A stretch of 15,785 bases of DNA from Candidatus Pacearchaeota archaeon (GTDB lineage: Archaea; Nanobdellota; Nanobdellia; Pacearchaeales; GW2011-AR1), in contig JASFEO010000018.1 in the NCBI GenBank assembly GCA_050124795.1, forward strand, positions 1-15,785, written 5' to 3'. This document shows, one piece after another, positions 7,125-15,657 of the stretch (its first letter is position 1; every line of letters begins with the position of its first letter). The notes below the pieces were generated by a model. The model searched no databases and was not told where the DNA came from. It saw nothing but the letters and a program-made list of their open reading frames with translations. Made by a program: the position numbers and the translations under genes.

Positions 7125-8510
7125 ATGAAAAAAATAATTACTTTGCTCTTGCTTTTATTAGTGCTGCCGACAATTTTTGCAATAAATATAAATGTTGAAA
7201 AAACAAGTTCTGATGAAGTCATGATTTATGGAATTGATTATCCTGTGACTTTTGATTTGGAAATAAAAAATTTTGGACAAGCAGACGACTTTGGATTTTA
7301 CAATTTAGTTGGTTTCAATATGTTTCCAATCGGAACAACACACATAAATTCAGGAGAGACAAAAAAAGTTGAATTAAAAATTTCCCCGATTGGAGAATTA
7401 AATAAGCACGGGCTTTACACTTTCCAGTATTTTATAAGGGGCAATGACAAAACAGAAAAACAAGAAGAATTAACATTCAGGATAATTGACTTGGAAGATG
7501 CGTTCTCAGTTGGTTCAGGAAATTTAGATGCAAATTCAAATTCAATTGAGATTTATATAAAAAATAAAGTTAATTTTAATTTTAATGACATGGATGCAAA
7601 ATTCTCATCAGCCTTTTTTGACTTGGAAGAAAATTTTGATTTAGCGCCTTATGAAGAAAAAACTTTTACTGTTGAATTAAATAATGAAGACTTCAAAAAA
7701 TTGCAGGCCGGTTTTTACACATTAAAGTCAGATGTGACAGTTGGAAGCGAGACCGCAAATGTCGAGGGGATAATCCAGTTCAATGAAAACCCAAACCTTG
7801 TAACAACAACAAAAGACTATGGTTTTTTTATCAACACAAAAATTGTAACAAAAACAAATGCAGGAAACACACTTGAAAAAACTGAAAGTGTTGTTACGAA
7901 AAATATTGTTTCAAGATTGTTTACAACTTTCTCGCCGGAGCCTGACACAGTTGAAAGAACCGGAACAAAAGTTACCTATACCTGGGCTAAGGAAATTAAG
8001 CCTGGAGAGAATTTGGAAATTACTACAAAAACAAACTGGGTTTTTCCAATTGTTGTGATTTTATTAATTATAACTTCAACACTTCTTATGAAAAGATATC
8101 TTAATACAAAATTAAATTTAAGAAAAAAAGTCACTTTTGTCAGAACCAAGGGCGGAGAGTTTGCGCTTAAAGTAACTTTAATGATTCACTCGAAATCTTA
8201 TGTTGAAAGAGTAAATATTGTTGACAGGTTGCCTAACTTAGTAAAAATCCATGAAAGATTTGGCGGAGAACAGCCCTCAAGAATTGATGAAAAAACAAAA
8301 AGAATAGAATGGAATTTTGAAAAACTTGAAGCAGGCGAGAGAAGAATTATCTCATATATTATTTATTCAAAAGTCGGAGTTGTCGGGAAATTTGCCTTAC
8401 CAACTGCGACTGCAATTTATGAAAAAGAAGGAAAAATAAAAGAATCAGAATCTAATCAGGCTTTTTTTGTTAGTGAGGTTCGGGAAAATAAAAGAGAAGA
8501 GGGAGAGTAG
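7125..8510 (+). CDS. Membrane-anchored surface protein (signal peptide, beta-rich Ig-like domains, one TM, C-terminal beta domain)
   Basis: MKKIITLLLLLLVLPTIFA signal; TM WVFPIVVILLIITSTLLM; DUF11-like pattern (NIVDRLP..WNFEKLEAGE..ISY). Confidence 0.8.
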   Translation: MKKIITLLLLLLVLPTIFAININVEKTSSDEVMIYGIDYPVTFDLEIKNFGQADDFGFYNLVGFNMFPIGTTHINSGETKKVELKISPIGELNKHGLYTFQYFIRGNDKTEKQEELTFRIIDLEDAFSVGSGNLDANSNSIEIYIKNKVNFNFNDMDAKFSSAFFDLEENFDLAPYEEKTFTVELNNEDFKKLQAGFYTLKSDVTVGSETANVEGIIQFNENPNLVTTTKDYGFFINTKIVTKTNAGNTLEKTESVVTKNIVSRLFTTFSPEPDTVERTGTKVTYTWAKEIKPGENLEITTKTNWVFPIVVILLIITSTLLMKRYLNTKLNLRKKVTFVRTKGGEFALKVTLMIHSKSYVERVNIVDRLPNLVKIHERFGGEQPSRIDEKTKRIEWNFEKLEAGERRIISYIIYSKVGVVGKFALPTATAIYEKEGKIKESESNQAFFVSEVRENKREEGE

Positions 8511-8558
8511 GATTTTTTGATTAAATAATTTTTGAATTTAACCGAGTGAGAATCTTGG

Positions 8559-8586
8559 AAAAATAAAACAGGGCGTAAAGCCCTGT
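8559..8586 (-). terminator. Hairpin plus T-tract after tRNA-Tyr
   Basis: ACAGGGC-TTTAC-GCCCTGT followed by TTTATTTTT. Confidence 0.6.
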
Positions 8587-8590
8587 GTGA

Positions 8591-8731
8591 TCCCCCCACC
8601 AAGATTCGAACTTGGGATCTCCCGGGTGCTGCTTGCAACCGAACTGGCTTTTAGGGTTTCATAGTTATCATGATTGAATCTCCACCTTAGTAATCTACAG
8701 CCAGGCGCTCTAACCACTGAGCTATGGAGGG
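8591..8731 (-). tRNA. tRNA-Tyr(GUA) with a 68-nt intron at 37/38 (8627..8694)
   Basis: C1:G72 acceptor CCCTCCA/TGGGGGG-A; CCTGG-CT GTA G|intron|C-CCGGG; BHB central helix CUGU/GCAG. Confidence 0.93.
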
Positions 8732-8832
8732 ATTATATAAACTAAATTTCTATCTTTTTAAGATTTGCCATTTCCCAAAAAACATATTCTCAATCTCAAC
8801 AATCTTTAAATACAATAAATATCCAATAAAAA

Positions 8833-9273
8833 ATGGCAAAAAAATTAAACTTAATTGCTTCTGCATTATTATTCGCAGGCCTGACATGCTGCAGCGCACA
8901 AAACCAATATACAAAATCAACCCCAAAAATTCAACCTCCTGAAACACCAACACTTGAATCAAAAGTCGGAGACCCAATGCCAAAAGCAAAAACAGATAAA
9001 ATAGCGAGTAAAATAATTGAAAGATTTTTAATGGTTGGTTATGGTCCCGTCAAAGATAACATCCCCCAAATAACAGAAATTTACCAGTATTGCAGAGAAT
9101 CCCCTGAAAAATATCCATTTGTTTATTATAATAATAAAACAAAAATATTATATCTGGACATTCTAAAAGAAGATGGATCCCCAAGTTCAGATGGAAAAAC
9201 AGACTTTATAATACCTAATGCAAAAAAGATTATTCTGTTTCAATTTGCGCCTCCCTGCCCGCAGGAACTATAG
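8833..9273 (+). CDS. Putative secreted or lipoprotein-like hypothetical protein
   Basis: N-terminal hydrophobic signal ending AGLTCC; Pro/Thr linker. Confidence 0.75.
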   Translation: MAKKLNLIASALLFAGLTCCSAQNQYTKSTPKIQPPETPTLESKVGDPMPKAKTDKIASKIIERFLMVGYGPVKDNIPQITEIYQYCRESPEKYPFVYYNNKTKILYLDILKEDGSPSSDGKTDFIIPNAKKIILFQFAPPCPQEL

Positions 9274-9275
9274 AA

Positions 9276-9614
9276 ATGAAAAAAAATTTAACAAAAATAG
9301 CTTTTGGATTTTTAATTCCTTTATTTTTGGTTTCTCATTCATATGCTAAAGAATTAGAAAAAAAACTAATGCCAAAATTAGAAACCTATGATTGCGGAAA
9401 AATCCAATACAAAAAATTAAAAGTCCCAGGAACAAAATCTCACCAGGAAATTTATCGTTATAATGGAAAAACAGAAATTAGAGTTTATGATTCAAATGAA
9501 ATTCTCAGGGAAGTTAAATTTATTGAAAATAGAAAAATCTTTTTTGACTATGAAAATGAAAAAGGGATAAGAGAACCTGATAACATTGTTGACAGAACAA
9601 TTTATTTAAAATGA
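9276..9614 (+). CDS. Putative secreted hypothetical protein
   Basis: MKK plus hydrophobic signal with SYA cleavage; starts 2 nt after the previous gene. Confidence 0.75.
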   Translation: MKKNLTKIAFGFLIPLFLVSHSYAKELEKKLMPKLETYDCGKIQYKKLKVPGTKSHQEIYRYNGKTEIRVYDSNEILREVKFIENRKIFFDYENEKGIREPDNIVDRTIYLK

Positions 9615-9698
9615 AAAAATCATTTCACAAACTAAATATAGAAATATTTAAAAATAACTAAATTTATAGAGGATTAAAATAAAGGGGGTCAAAAAAAG

Positions 9699-9785
9699 AT
9701 GGATAAAGAGGATTTCGAAGAAATCCCAAAATTTGACAAAGACAGCTTTAATGACGACATCGATGAATTAGAGCTTGACATTTAA
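9699..9785 (+). CDS. Acidic microprotein (28 aa), not in the ORF track
   Basis: MDKEDFEEIPKFDKDSFNDDIDELELDI; GGGGGT SD at 9684..9689 and TATTTAAA upstream. Confidence 0.55.
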   Translation: MDKEDFEEIPKFDKDSFNDDIDELELDI

Positions 9786-9848
9786 TCTTTTTATTCCTTT
9801 GAAAATCAAAGGTTTTGAGAATCCCTAAAAAGATTCTCTCTTTCTTTT

Positions 9849-10751
9849 TTAACTCTTTAAAACAAGAACAACAATATTATTTGTTTGATCTAATTCCTCA
9901 AAATCTGTTTCAATCATAATTTTTATCTGCCGCACATTTCTTGTCTTAAGCCAAAGATTTGTAAATGCAATCCCCCTGCCCCTTCCAAGTTCAATCTCTT
10001 CCATGTCAACAGTCTTTATATTCTTGTCATCAGCATAAATAAAAATCTTTGATTTAGGCGCATCAACAAAACCATTATTCCTCAAACTTATATTCAAATC
10101 AAGATAATTTCCATGCATAATTGCGCTTGTATTTTCAATTGCCAAATCAGGAAGACTCGGAACAGAATATAATCTATCTATTAATTCTATAACATCTTCT
10201 CCAATAGTCTGATCGCAATTGCTTATTGGGTACATTACATTATTTTCATTTTCAGAATGATCAAAACCCAGAGCATGTAAGAGTTCATGAAGAGCAACAT
10301 TTGGATTTGGGCATAAAGCAGGTTTAATCAATAAAACTTTTCCATGAGTGATAATATTATAGCCATCTGCAACAGTAATGTTTGTCGGTCCTCCCTCGCC
10401 TGCAATAAATAATCCTCCTTCATTTTTTACATTATCATCGCACGTTACAGTAATTTCTTCATTTAAAGACACCGGATAGAAGGTTAAAAGAGTTTTTTTA
10501 GATACAATATCAAGAGCTCTTTTCATTTCATCTTTTTTCTGAATAGGGCAATCACTAATCTTATAAGAAATTTGTGAATCAGGAAATCTCATATTTGGAT
10601 AAAATTGCAAACTACTATTAGTAAAACTAAAATTTGAACTTATCTGTGTTGTTACAAATTCGTTTGTTCCAAAGGGGATGAACCAATAAAAAGTTAGAAG
10701 CCCAACTGCGAATAAAATAAAAATAAAACTAAAAAAAATTTTCCACCCCAT
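9849..10751 (-). CDS. Membrane-anchored matrixin-like (M10 metzincin) metalloprotease with a CARDB-like domain
   Basis: HELLHALGFDH zinc motif, Met-turn VMYP, LPDLAI..N.G and D.TNN CARDB signature, N-terminal TM. Confidence 0.9.
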   Translation of the reverse strand: MGWKIFFSFIFILFAVGLLTFYWFIPFGTNEFVTTQISSNFSFTNSSLQFYPNMRFPDSQISYKISDCPIQKKDEMKRALDIVSKKTLLTFYPVSLNEEITVTCDDNVKNEGGLFIAGEGGPTNITVADGYNIITHGKVLLIKPALCPNPNVALHELLHALGFDHSENENNVMYPISNCDQTIGEDVIELIDRLYSVPSLPDLAIENTSAIMHGNYLDLNISLRNNGFVDAPKSKIFIYADDKNIKTVDMEEIELGRGRGIAFTNLWLKTRNVRQIKIMIETDFEELDQTNNIVVLVLKS

Positions 10752-10765
10752 TTTAATTTATTAGA

Positions 10766-11095
10766 TTACTCTGAATCTGTTGTTGTAGGTTCTTCCTTTT
10801 TTTCTTCAGCCGCATCATTTGATGGCTCTGAAGGTGTAGTCTCTTCTGCAGGCACAGATTCTGAAGGTTCTTCTGTTGACGGAGCAGCAGGAGCTTCTTC
10901 TGCTGGTTCTTCCTTTTCTTCCTCAACTGGTGCTTCTTGCGCAGGAGCAGCAGCCTCTGCAGAACTTGCCTCTTCTTCAGCTGGCGCAGCTTCAGGAGCA
11001 GGCTCTGAACTCGTAGTTTCAGTTTCCCCTGCAGAAGTAGAAGTGGCTTCTTCAGCCGCAGAAGTTTCTTCTTTTTTTTCCATTTCTTCTTCCAT
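10766..11095 (-). CDS. Acidic low-complexity (E/A/P/S/T) disordered protein
   Basis: GC-richer ORF starting MEEEMEKKEE. Confidence 0.75.
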   Translation of the reverse strand: MEEEMEKKEETSAAEEATSTSAGETETTSSEPAPEAAPAEEEASSAEAAAPAQEAPVEEEKEEPAEEAPAAPSTEEPSESVPAEETTPSEPSNDAAEEKKEEPTTTDSE

Positions 11096-11161
11096 ATTTT
11101 TTATCCTCAATTTAATTAAAATACTAAACAAAAATTATCTTTTAAAGTTTTTGATGATTTA

Positions 11162-11698
11162 TTATATAATTCTTGCAGTGATTATTCTAACTTCTTCGAG
11201 AGGTTTATCATTTGCATCAGTTTTTACTCTTGCAATTTTATCAACTACTTCTTCCATCCCTTCAACAACTTCCCCAAAAATAGGATGCTTGCCGTCTAAG
11301 AAGGTATTAGTGTTAACTAAATTAATAAAAAACTGCGAACCACCGGTATTTGGTCCTGCATTAGCCATTGAAATTGTGCCGCGAACATTTGAGTGCCCCT
11401 CGACAAATTCATCTTCAATTTTGTATCCTGGCCCCCCCATTCCTGTTCCTGTTGGGTCTCCCCCCTGAATCATAAATCCATTGATAACTCTGTGGAAAAT
11501 TACTCCGTCATAAAAACCTTCTTCAACAAGCTTCTCGAAATTCCCTGCAGTTACCGGCATGTCTGAATATAATTTTATTACAATGCCCCCATAATTTGTT
11601 TCAAGTTTTACTTTTGTGTCTTTATCCATTTTTAAAATATAAATCCCTGCAACAAAGATTAATACAATTATAAATATTGCGATATGTTTTTTGTTCAT
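11162..11698 (-). CDS. ppiA: Cyclophilin-type peptidyl-prolyl isomerase with N-terminal anchor
   Basis: [51 protein letters not shown]. Confidence 0.95.
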   Translation of the reverse strand: MNKKHIAIFIIVLIFVAGIYILKMDKDTKVKLETNYGGIVIKLYSDMPVTAGNFEKLVEEGFYDGVIFHRVINGFMIQGGDPTGTGMGGPGYKIEDEFVEGHSNVRGTISMANAGPNTGGSQFFINLVNTNTFLDGKHPIFGEVVEGMEEVVDKIARVKTDANDKPLEEVRIITARII

Positions 11699-11776
11699 AA
11701 TTAAATAAATAAAAGGTTAGTTAAAAAACTTTTGCAAAATAATAAGCCTTAAAAAGATAGTTCAGGATTGAATTCT

Positions 11777-12649
11777 ATGGGAAAAAACAATCTGCCAAAA
11801 ATAGCAAGCATCGTCGCGATTACAATTCCATTATATTTATCAATTCAGGGTTGCAAAACCTTTGTTTACAACGGGGCAATTTCTCAAAATGGAAGTTTTT
11901 ATGCGGCGGGAGGAAACCTTGTTAATTTCAATAAAAAAGATAATGGTCTTGTTAAAATTATTTTTGAAAAAGAAACAAAAAACATTAGAAAAACAATAAA
12001 AGAGAAAGCAGAAGAAAAATATGGTTGTTTTCTTTTTGGGGATTATCTTGATGAACTTGAAGAAAAAGCAAAACAGGAAATAAAAAATAATGATTATAAT
12101 TTCGAATTTAGAGTTCCAATGAATTTTTTAGTTGAAGAAATGGATTTTTCTTTTGAAATAATCAAAAATAAATTTGAATTAAATCTTTATCATGATTTTA
12201 ATTCGAAAAAAACTTTATTAATGAATAGAAAAGTTGGACTTGGAAGAAATGAAAAAGGGAGATTTTCCACACCCAAGGGAAATTATTTTTTAAATAGAGT
12301 TATTAACTCTCCCTGGTGGTATCCTCCCTCGTGGGCAGATAGAAAAAAACCTTTTCCTCCTGGAAAAAATAATCCTTACGGATTATGGATGTCTGAATTA
12401 TCGCGGGCAAATTATCCAGGGAGTTATAATTGGGGGATTAAAAGAGATAGTAAAATAAGAATTCACTCAACAAATAATCCCAAGTCAGTTGGAAAAGCTG
12501 TTTCGCATGGTTGTATAAGAATGCACCCTTTTGTTGCAGAAGAATTATTTCCTGCGATTTTGCATTATTCGAAACATAAACTCCCAAAGAAAAATTCAAG
12601 AGGAACAATTTACCCCCTAAAAAATGCAATTCCATTAACAATAAAATAA
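11777..12649 (+). CDS. YkuD-domain L,D-transpeptidase-like lipoprotein
   Basis: [32 protein letters not shown] catalytic His/Cys motif; SIQGC lipobox-like signal. Confidence 0.9.
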   Translation: MGKNNLPKIASIVAITIPLYLSIQGCKTFVYNGAISQNGSFYAAGGNLVNFNKKDNGLVKIIFEKETKNIRKTIKEKAEEKYGCFLFGDYLDELEEKAKQEIKNNDYNFEFRVPMNFLVEEMDFSFEIIKNKFELNLYHDFNSKKTLLMNRKVGLGRNEKGRFSTPKGNYFLNRVINSPWWYPPSWADRKKPFPPGKNNPYGLWMSELSRANYPGSYNWGIKRDSKIRIHSTNNPKSVGKAVSHGCIRMHPFVAEELFPAILHYSKHKLPKKNSRGTIYPLKNAIPLTIK

Positions 12650-12834
12650 AGACAAAAAAATAAAATACAATCTTCATATAATCTACACACTTCTTTTTTC
12701 ATTCTGGGTTCTTAATATAATTGACATTTTAATTCCTGACTTTTTCCAGACTTTCCAACTATTTGTATACTTAGCGTCGATAACTATTTTTCTTCTAATG
12801 CTTTATAAAGTTCTCAGGGTGGGGTCAGATTAAA

Positions 12835-13104
12835 ATGCCGAAGAGGGGGAAGTCAGAAATAATAAAAGATATTTTAGAAATTGTGCAAAAAAGCAAAAAC
12901 AAAATCAGACCAACACCATTAATGCGACAATCGAATTTGTCAACTGCAAGATTCAAAGAATATTTTAAAGAAATCACAGAAAAAAATTTTGCAAAAGAAA
13001 TTAATTTTAATGAAGGAAAATTTATCCTGCTGACTGAAAAAGGTTTTAGGTTTTTGGAAAAATATAAATCAATTATTAATTTTATTGATGAGTTTGAGTT
13101 GTAA
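12835..13104 (+). CDS. Winged-HTH transcriptional regulator (archaeal HTH_45-like)
   Basis: RGKSEIIKDIL..PTPLMRQSNLS..LTEKGFRFL. Confidence 0.85.
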   Translation: MPKRGKSEIIKDILEIVQKSKNKIRPTPLMRQSNLSTARFKEYFKEITEKNFAKEINFNEGKFILLTEKGFRFLEKYKSIINFIDEFEL

Positions 13105-13116
13105 ACTTTAATTAGC

Positions 13117-13588
13117 TTATTTCATTCTCTCCTTCAACTTTTTAATCCTATCCCTCAATTTAATTGCCTTTTCAAATTCTAAATTCTCACTTGCTTCAAG
13201 CATATCCTGTTCGAGTTCAATAATTAAATTAGGAATCTCTGCTTTGGGAATTGACTTTGTGTCGCTAATTTCAACTGTCTTTTCTTTAATTGGTTTTATA
13301 ATTGTCTTCGGAGTTATATTGTGCGCTTTATTGTATGCAATCTGAATCTCTCTTCTTCTCTTGGTTTCTTCAACTGCAGTTTTTATTGAATCAGTAATTG
13401 TATCTGCATAAAGTATAACACGAGAATTTGCATTTCTTGCAGCTCTGCCAATTGTCTGAATTAAACTTTTGTCATTACGTAAAAATCCTTCTTTGTCAGC
13501 ATCAAGTATTCCAACAAAACCAACTTCAGGAATGTCTAAACCTTCACGCAATAAATTAATTCCAACCAACACATCAAACTTCCCTAAT
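13117..13588 (-). pseudogene. uvrB: uvrB 3' fragment (end of helicase domain plus UVR domain)
   Basis: [54 protein letters not shown]; N-terminal part absent. Confidence 0.9.
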
Positions 13589-13849
13589 TGTTACTTCTTT
13601 ATTTTTATCTAATTTTTTAATAAATTTATCATAACTTTTCTTTAAAGAAACCTCTTCTTTTTTAGGGGGCTGGCTTATGAATGGCGGAGCTGTATAAAAG
13701 AAAACATGTTTGCAATGCATTTTTTGTTTTTTAGAAATATTCCTTGAAAACTGCAATTTAGAATACTTGATGTATCTTCCATTTCCAAAATATTTATTTA
13801 ACTTTGACAAAAATCCGTCATCAATAAACACAAGTGTTTCTTTAATCAT
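13574..13849 (-). pseudogene. NYN-domain (LabA/PIN-like) nuclease, 5' fragment
   Basis: LVFIDDGFL..FFYTAPP..YDKFIKKL; lacks the C-terminal QKGVD and SGDxD motifs; GGAGGGG SD. Confidence 0.75.
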
Positions 13850-13870
13850 AATCCCCTCCAAAGAATTTTA

Positions 13871-13910
13871 AGAAAAAATCATCCAGCGACCCCGTAGGAT
13901 CACTGGGGAT
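13871..13910 (-). promoter_or_regulatory. Leader hairpin with UACG tetraloop and T6 tract upstream of the NYN gene
   Basis: CCAGTGATCC-TACG-GGGTCGCTGG (13883..13906), then ATGATTTTTT. Confidence 0.65.
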
Positions 13911-14018
13911 CATATAGTAAAAATTAATACGCGGAAGTTTATAAATTTTTTCATTAATTAATTTTCTAATCTTAATCATCTTTTCCTCTCAACATTTTTA
14001 AGTTTAAACTGCGAAGCA

Positions 14019-14324
14019 TTACTTTCCACACCCCTTGCAATTTCCAGAGCAAAAAGTTTTTGCATGTTTGTCAATTATTCTTAAAATTGGTAAAATTGTT
14101 TTTTTATTTAATGAATAAATTCTTTCCTTTCCCTTTTGTTTTACAACAACAATATTGCAATTCCTTAAAGAAGCCAGTGCATGGGATAATTTGCTTTGTT
14201 CAACATTCAACTCTTTAACAAGTTCTGAAACATTTTTTTGTTTTTCTTTTAATGATGAAACAATTTGAATTCTAAGTGGATTTGCAAGGTTAGTAAAGAA
14301 AACATGGTATGTATTCGATTTCAT
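14019..14324 (-). CDS. ArsR/SmtB-family regulator with a C-terminal Cys cluster
   Basis: FTNLANPLRIQIV..VSELV..EQSKLSHALASL..GKERIYSL; CSGNCKGC tail. Confidence 0.92.
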   Translation of the reverse strand: MKSNTYHVFFTNLANPLRIQIVSSLKEKQKNVSELVKELNVEQSKLSHALASLRNCNIVVVKQKGKERIYSLNKKTILPILRIIDKHAKTFCSGNCKGCGK

Positions 14325-14389
14325 ATGAAAATAATTTCATAAAAGTATTTAAATCTTTTTATTAAAATAAAAATAAAAGAAAAAGTTAC

Positions 14390-14521
14390 TCAAGTTCTGT
14401 ATGCAACCTCTTTTGACAGGACTCTTATGCAATAGTCCAGATTTCGAAGTTTTGCTGCAAGCGAACTTTTTGCTCTCTGTGCTTCAGAGAGTTCAACCAT
14501 AAGCTGCTCAACTGACTCCAT
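14390..14521 (-). CDS. Small coiled-coil-like protein (43 aa), not in the ORF track
   Basis: MESVEQLMVELSEAQRAKSSLAAKLRNLDYCIRVLSKEVAYRT; TTATATAA ~25 nt upstream. Confidence 0.6.
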   Translation of the reverse strand: MESVEQLMVELSEAQRAKSSLAAKLRNLDYCIRVLSKEVAYRT

Positions 14522-14530
14522 CTTAATATT

Positions 14531-14616
14531 ATGTATATACACTTATTTATATAACTCTACTTTAACTTGAAAATGAAAATCCCAGTTACTTAAAAATTAA
14601 GTAACATGTATATACA
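14531..14616. promoter_or_regulatory. Operator-like palindrome cluster
   Basis: ATGTATATACA at 14531 and 14606; GTTACTTAA-AAA-TTAAGTAAC at 14585..14605. Confidence 0.55.
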
Positions 14617-14624
14617 ATGGGTTG

Positions 14625-15611
14625 TTATAACTCTATTTCATATCTTCTTATTTTTTCTGCAAGAGTGGTTCTTATTATCCCCAATTGTTTTGCTGCCTTA
14701 GTTTTATTTGTCTTTCCATTTTCATCACGGCTATTATTTAATGCCTCTTTTATTAATTCAATTTCGATTGAGGTTAAAGTTTCAGGGAGAGTTATCCCCC
14801 CACCAATATTTGGTGTTCCATTAATTTTTTTGGGGTTAATGATTTTTTTTGAAGAATATTCCCTCATGATAATTCCTTCTTTTGGTTTAAGAAATTTTAA
14901 TTCTTCCTCAACTACAAATCTTTCAATTGTTCTTTTTAATTCACGAATATTCCCCGGCCAGTCCCAATTCGTGAGTCTAGAAATATCCACATGATTTAGT
15001 TCAAGATTCTTTTTACATACTTCATTGAACTTTTTTAAAAAATGGTTAGAAAGTACGGGGATATCTTCTTTCCTATCTCTTAACGCCGGGAGTTCAATTG
15101 GGTATTTAAACCTGTACCAAAATTCCAGAGGCATTTCCCCTGAATTTGAACCCGCAGCAATAATTCTCACATCAACTTTTGTCTCTTTGTTATCACCTAC
15201 CTTAAGAAACAAACCATAATCCACGACTCTTAGCAATTTACTGAGATATTCTTCTGGGAGTTTTGTTATTTCATCTAGAAATAAAGTTCCTTTGTTTGCT
15301 ATTTCAAAGTATCCTTGTTTGTTGTAAGTCGCCCCTGTGAATGCACCTTTTTTGTGCCCGAAAAGTTCGCTCTCTATTAGTGTCTTAGTAATTCCTGCGC
15401 AGTTTATGGTCAAAAAAGGCATGTCTTTTCTCAAGCTATTTTGATAAATATAATTTGCCAGAACTTCTTTTCCTGTTCCGGTTTCTCCTGTTAATAAAAC
15501 AGACATATTTGTCTCTGCGATTCTTTTAAGATTTTTTTTTATTTGGGTAATTTCTGGGCTTTTTCCAATGAATTTATCGTATATCTCTAAATTATTTTTA
15601 AGTGTATTCAT
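14625..15611 (-). CDS. Sigma54-interaction (NtrC/PspF-like) AAA+ protein with Fis-type HTH and no sensor domain
   Basis: GETGTGKE Walker A, ESELFGHKKGAFTGA, LFLDEI Walker B, WPGNIREL, NKTKAAKQLGI.RTTL. Confidence 0.93.
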   Translation of the reverse strand: MNTLKNNLEIYDKFIGKSPEITQIKKNLKRIAETNMSVLLTGETGTGKEVLANYIYQNSLRKDMPFLTINCAGITKTLIESELFGHKKGAFTGATYNKQGYFEIANKGTLFLDEITKLPEEYLSKLLRVVDYGLFLKVGDNKETKVDVRIIAAGSNSGEMPLEFWYRFKYPIELPALRDRKEDIPVLSNHFLKKFNEVCKKNLELNHVDISRLTNWDWPGNIRELKRTIERFVVEEELKFLKPKEGIIMREYSSKKIINPKKINGTPNIGGGITLPETLTSIEIELIKEALNNSRDENGKTNKTKAAKQLGIIRTTLAEKIRRYEIEL

Positions 15612-15657
15612 TATAAAGTAAGAAAAAAGAGACTATATAAATATTTTTCTGTTTTAG

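Noticed and set aside
7858-8058. 66-aa ORF
   Set aside because: Alternative frame inside the 461-aa gene
8542-8558. Third tRNA-linked element after tRNA-Tyr (CCGAGTGA, GAATCTTGG)
   Set aside because: Wrong strand relative to the tRNA; no covarying helix or 3'-end copy
8456-8989. ORFs 8456..8638, 8724..8942 and 8750..8989
   Set aside because: They overlap tRNA-Tyr or the better-supported 8833..9273 gene
11043-11468. 141-aa plus-strand ORF
   Set aside because: Antisense to cyclophilin
12438-12677. 79-aa minus-strand ORF
   Set aside because: Antisense to the YkuD catalytic region
14617-15219. ORFs 14617..14994 and 15025..15219
   Set aside because: Antisense to the AAA+ activator
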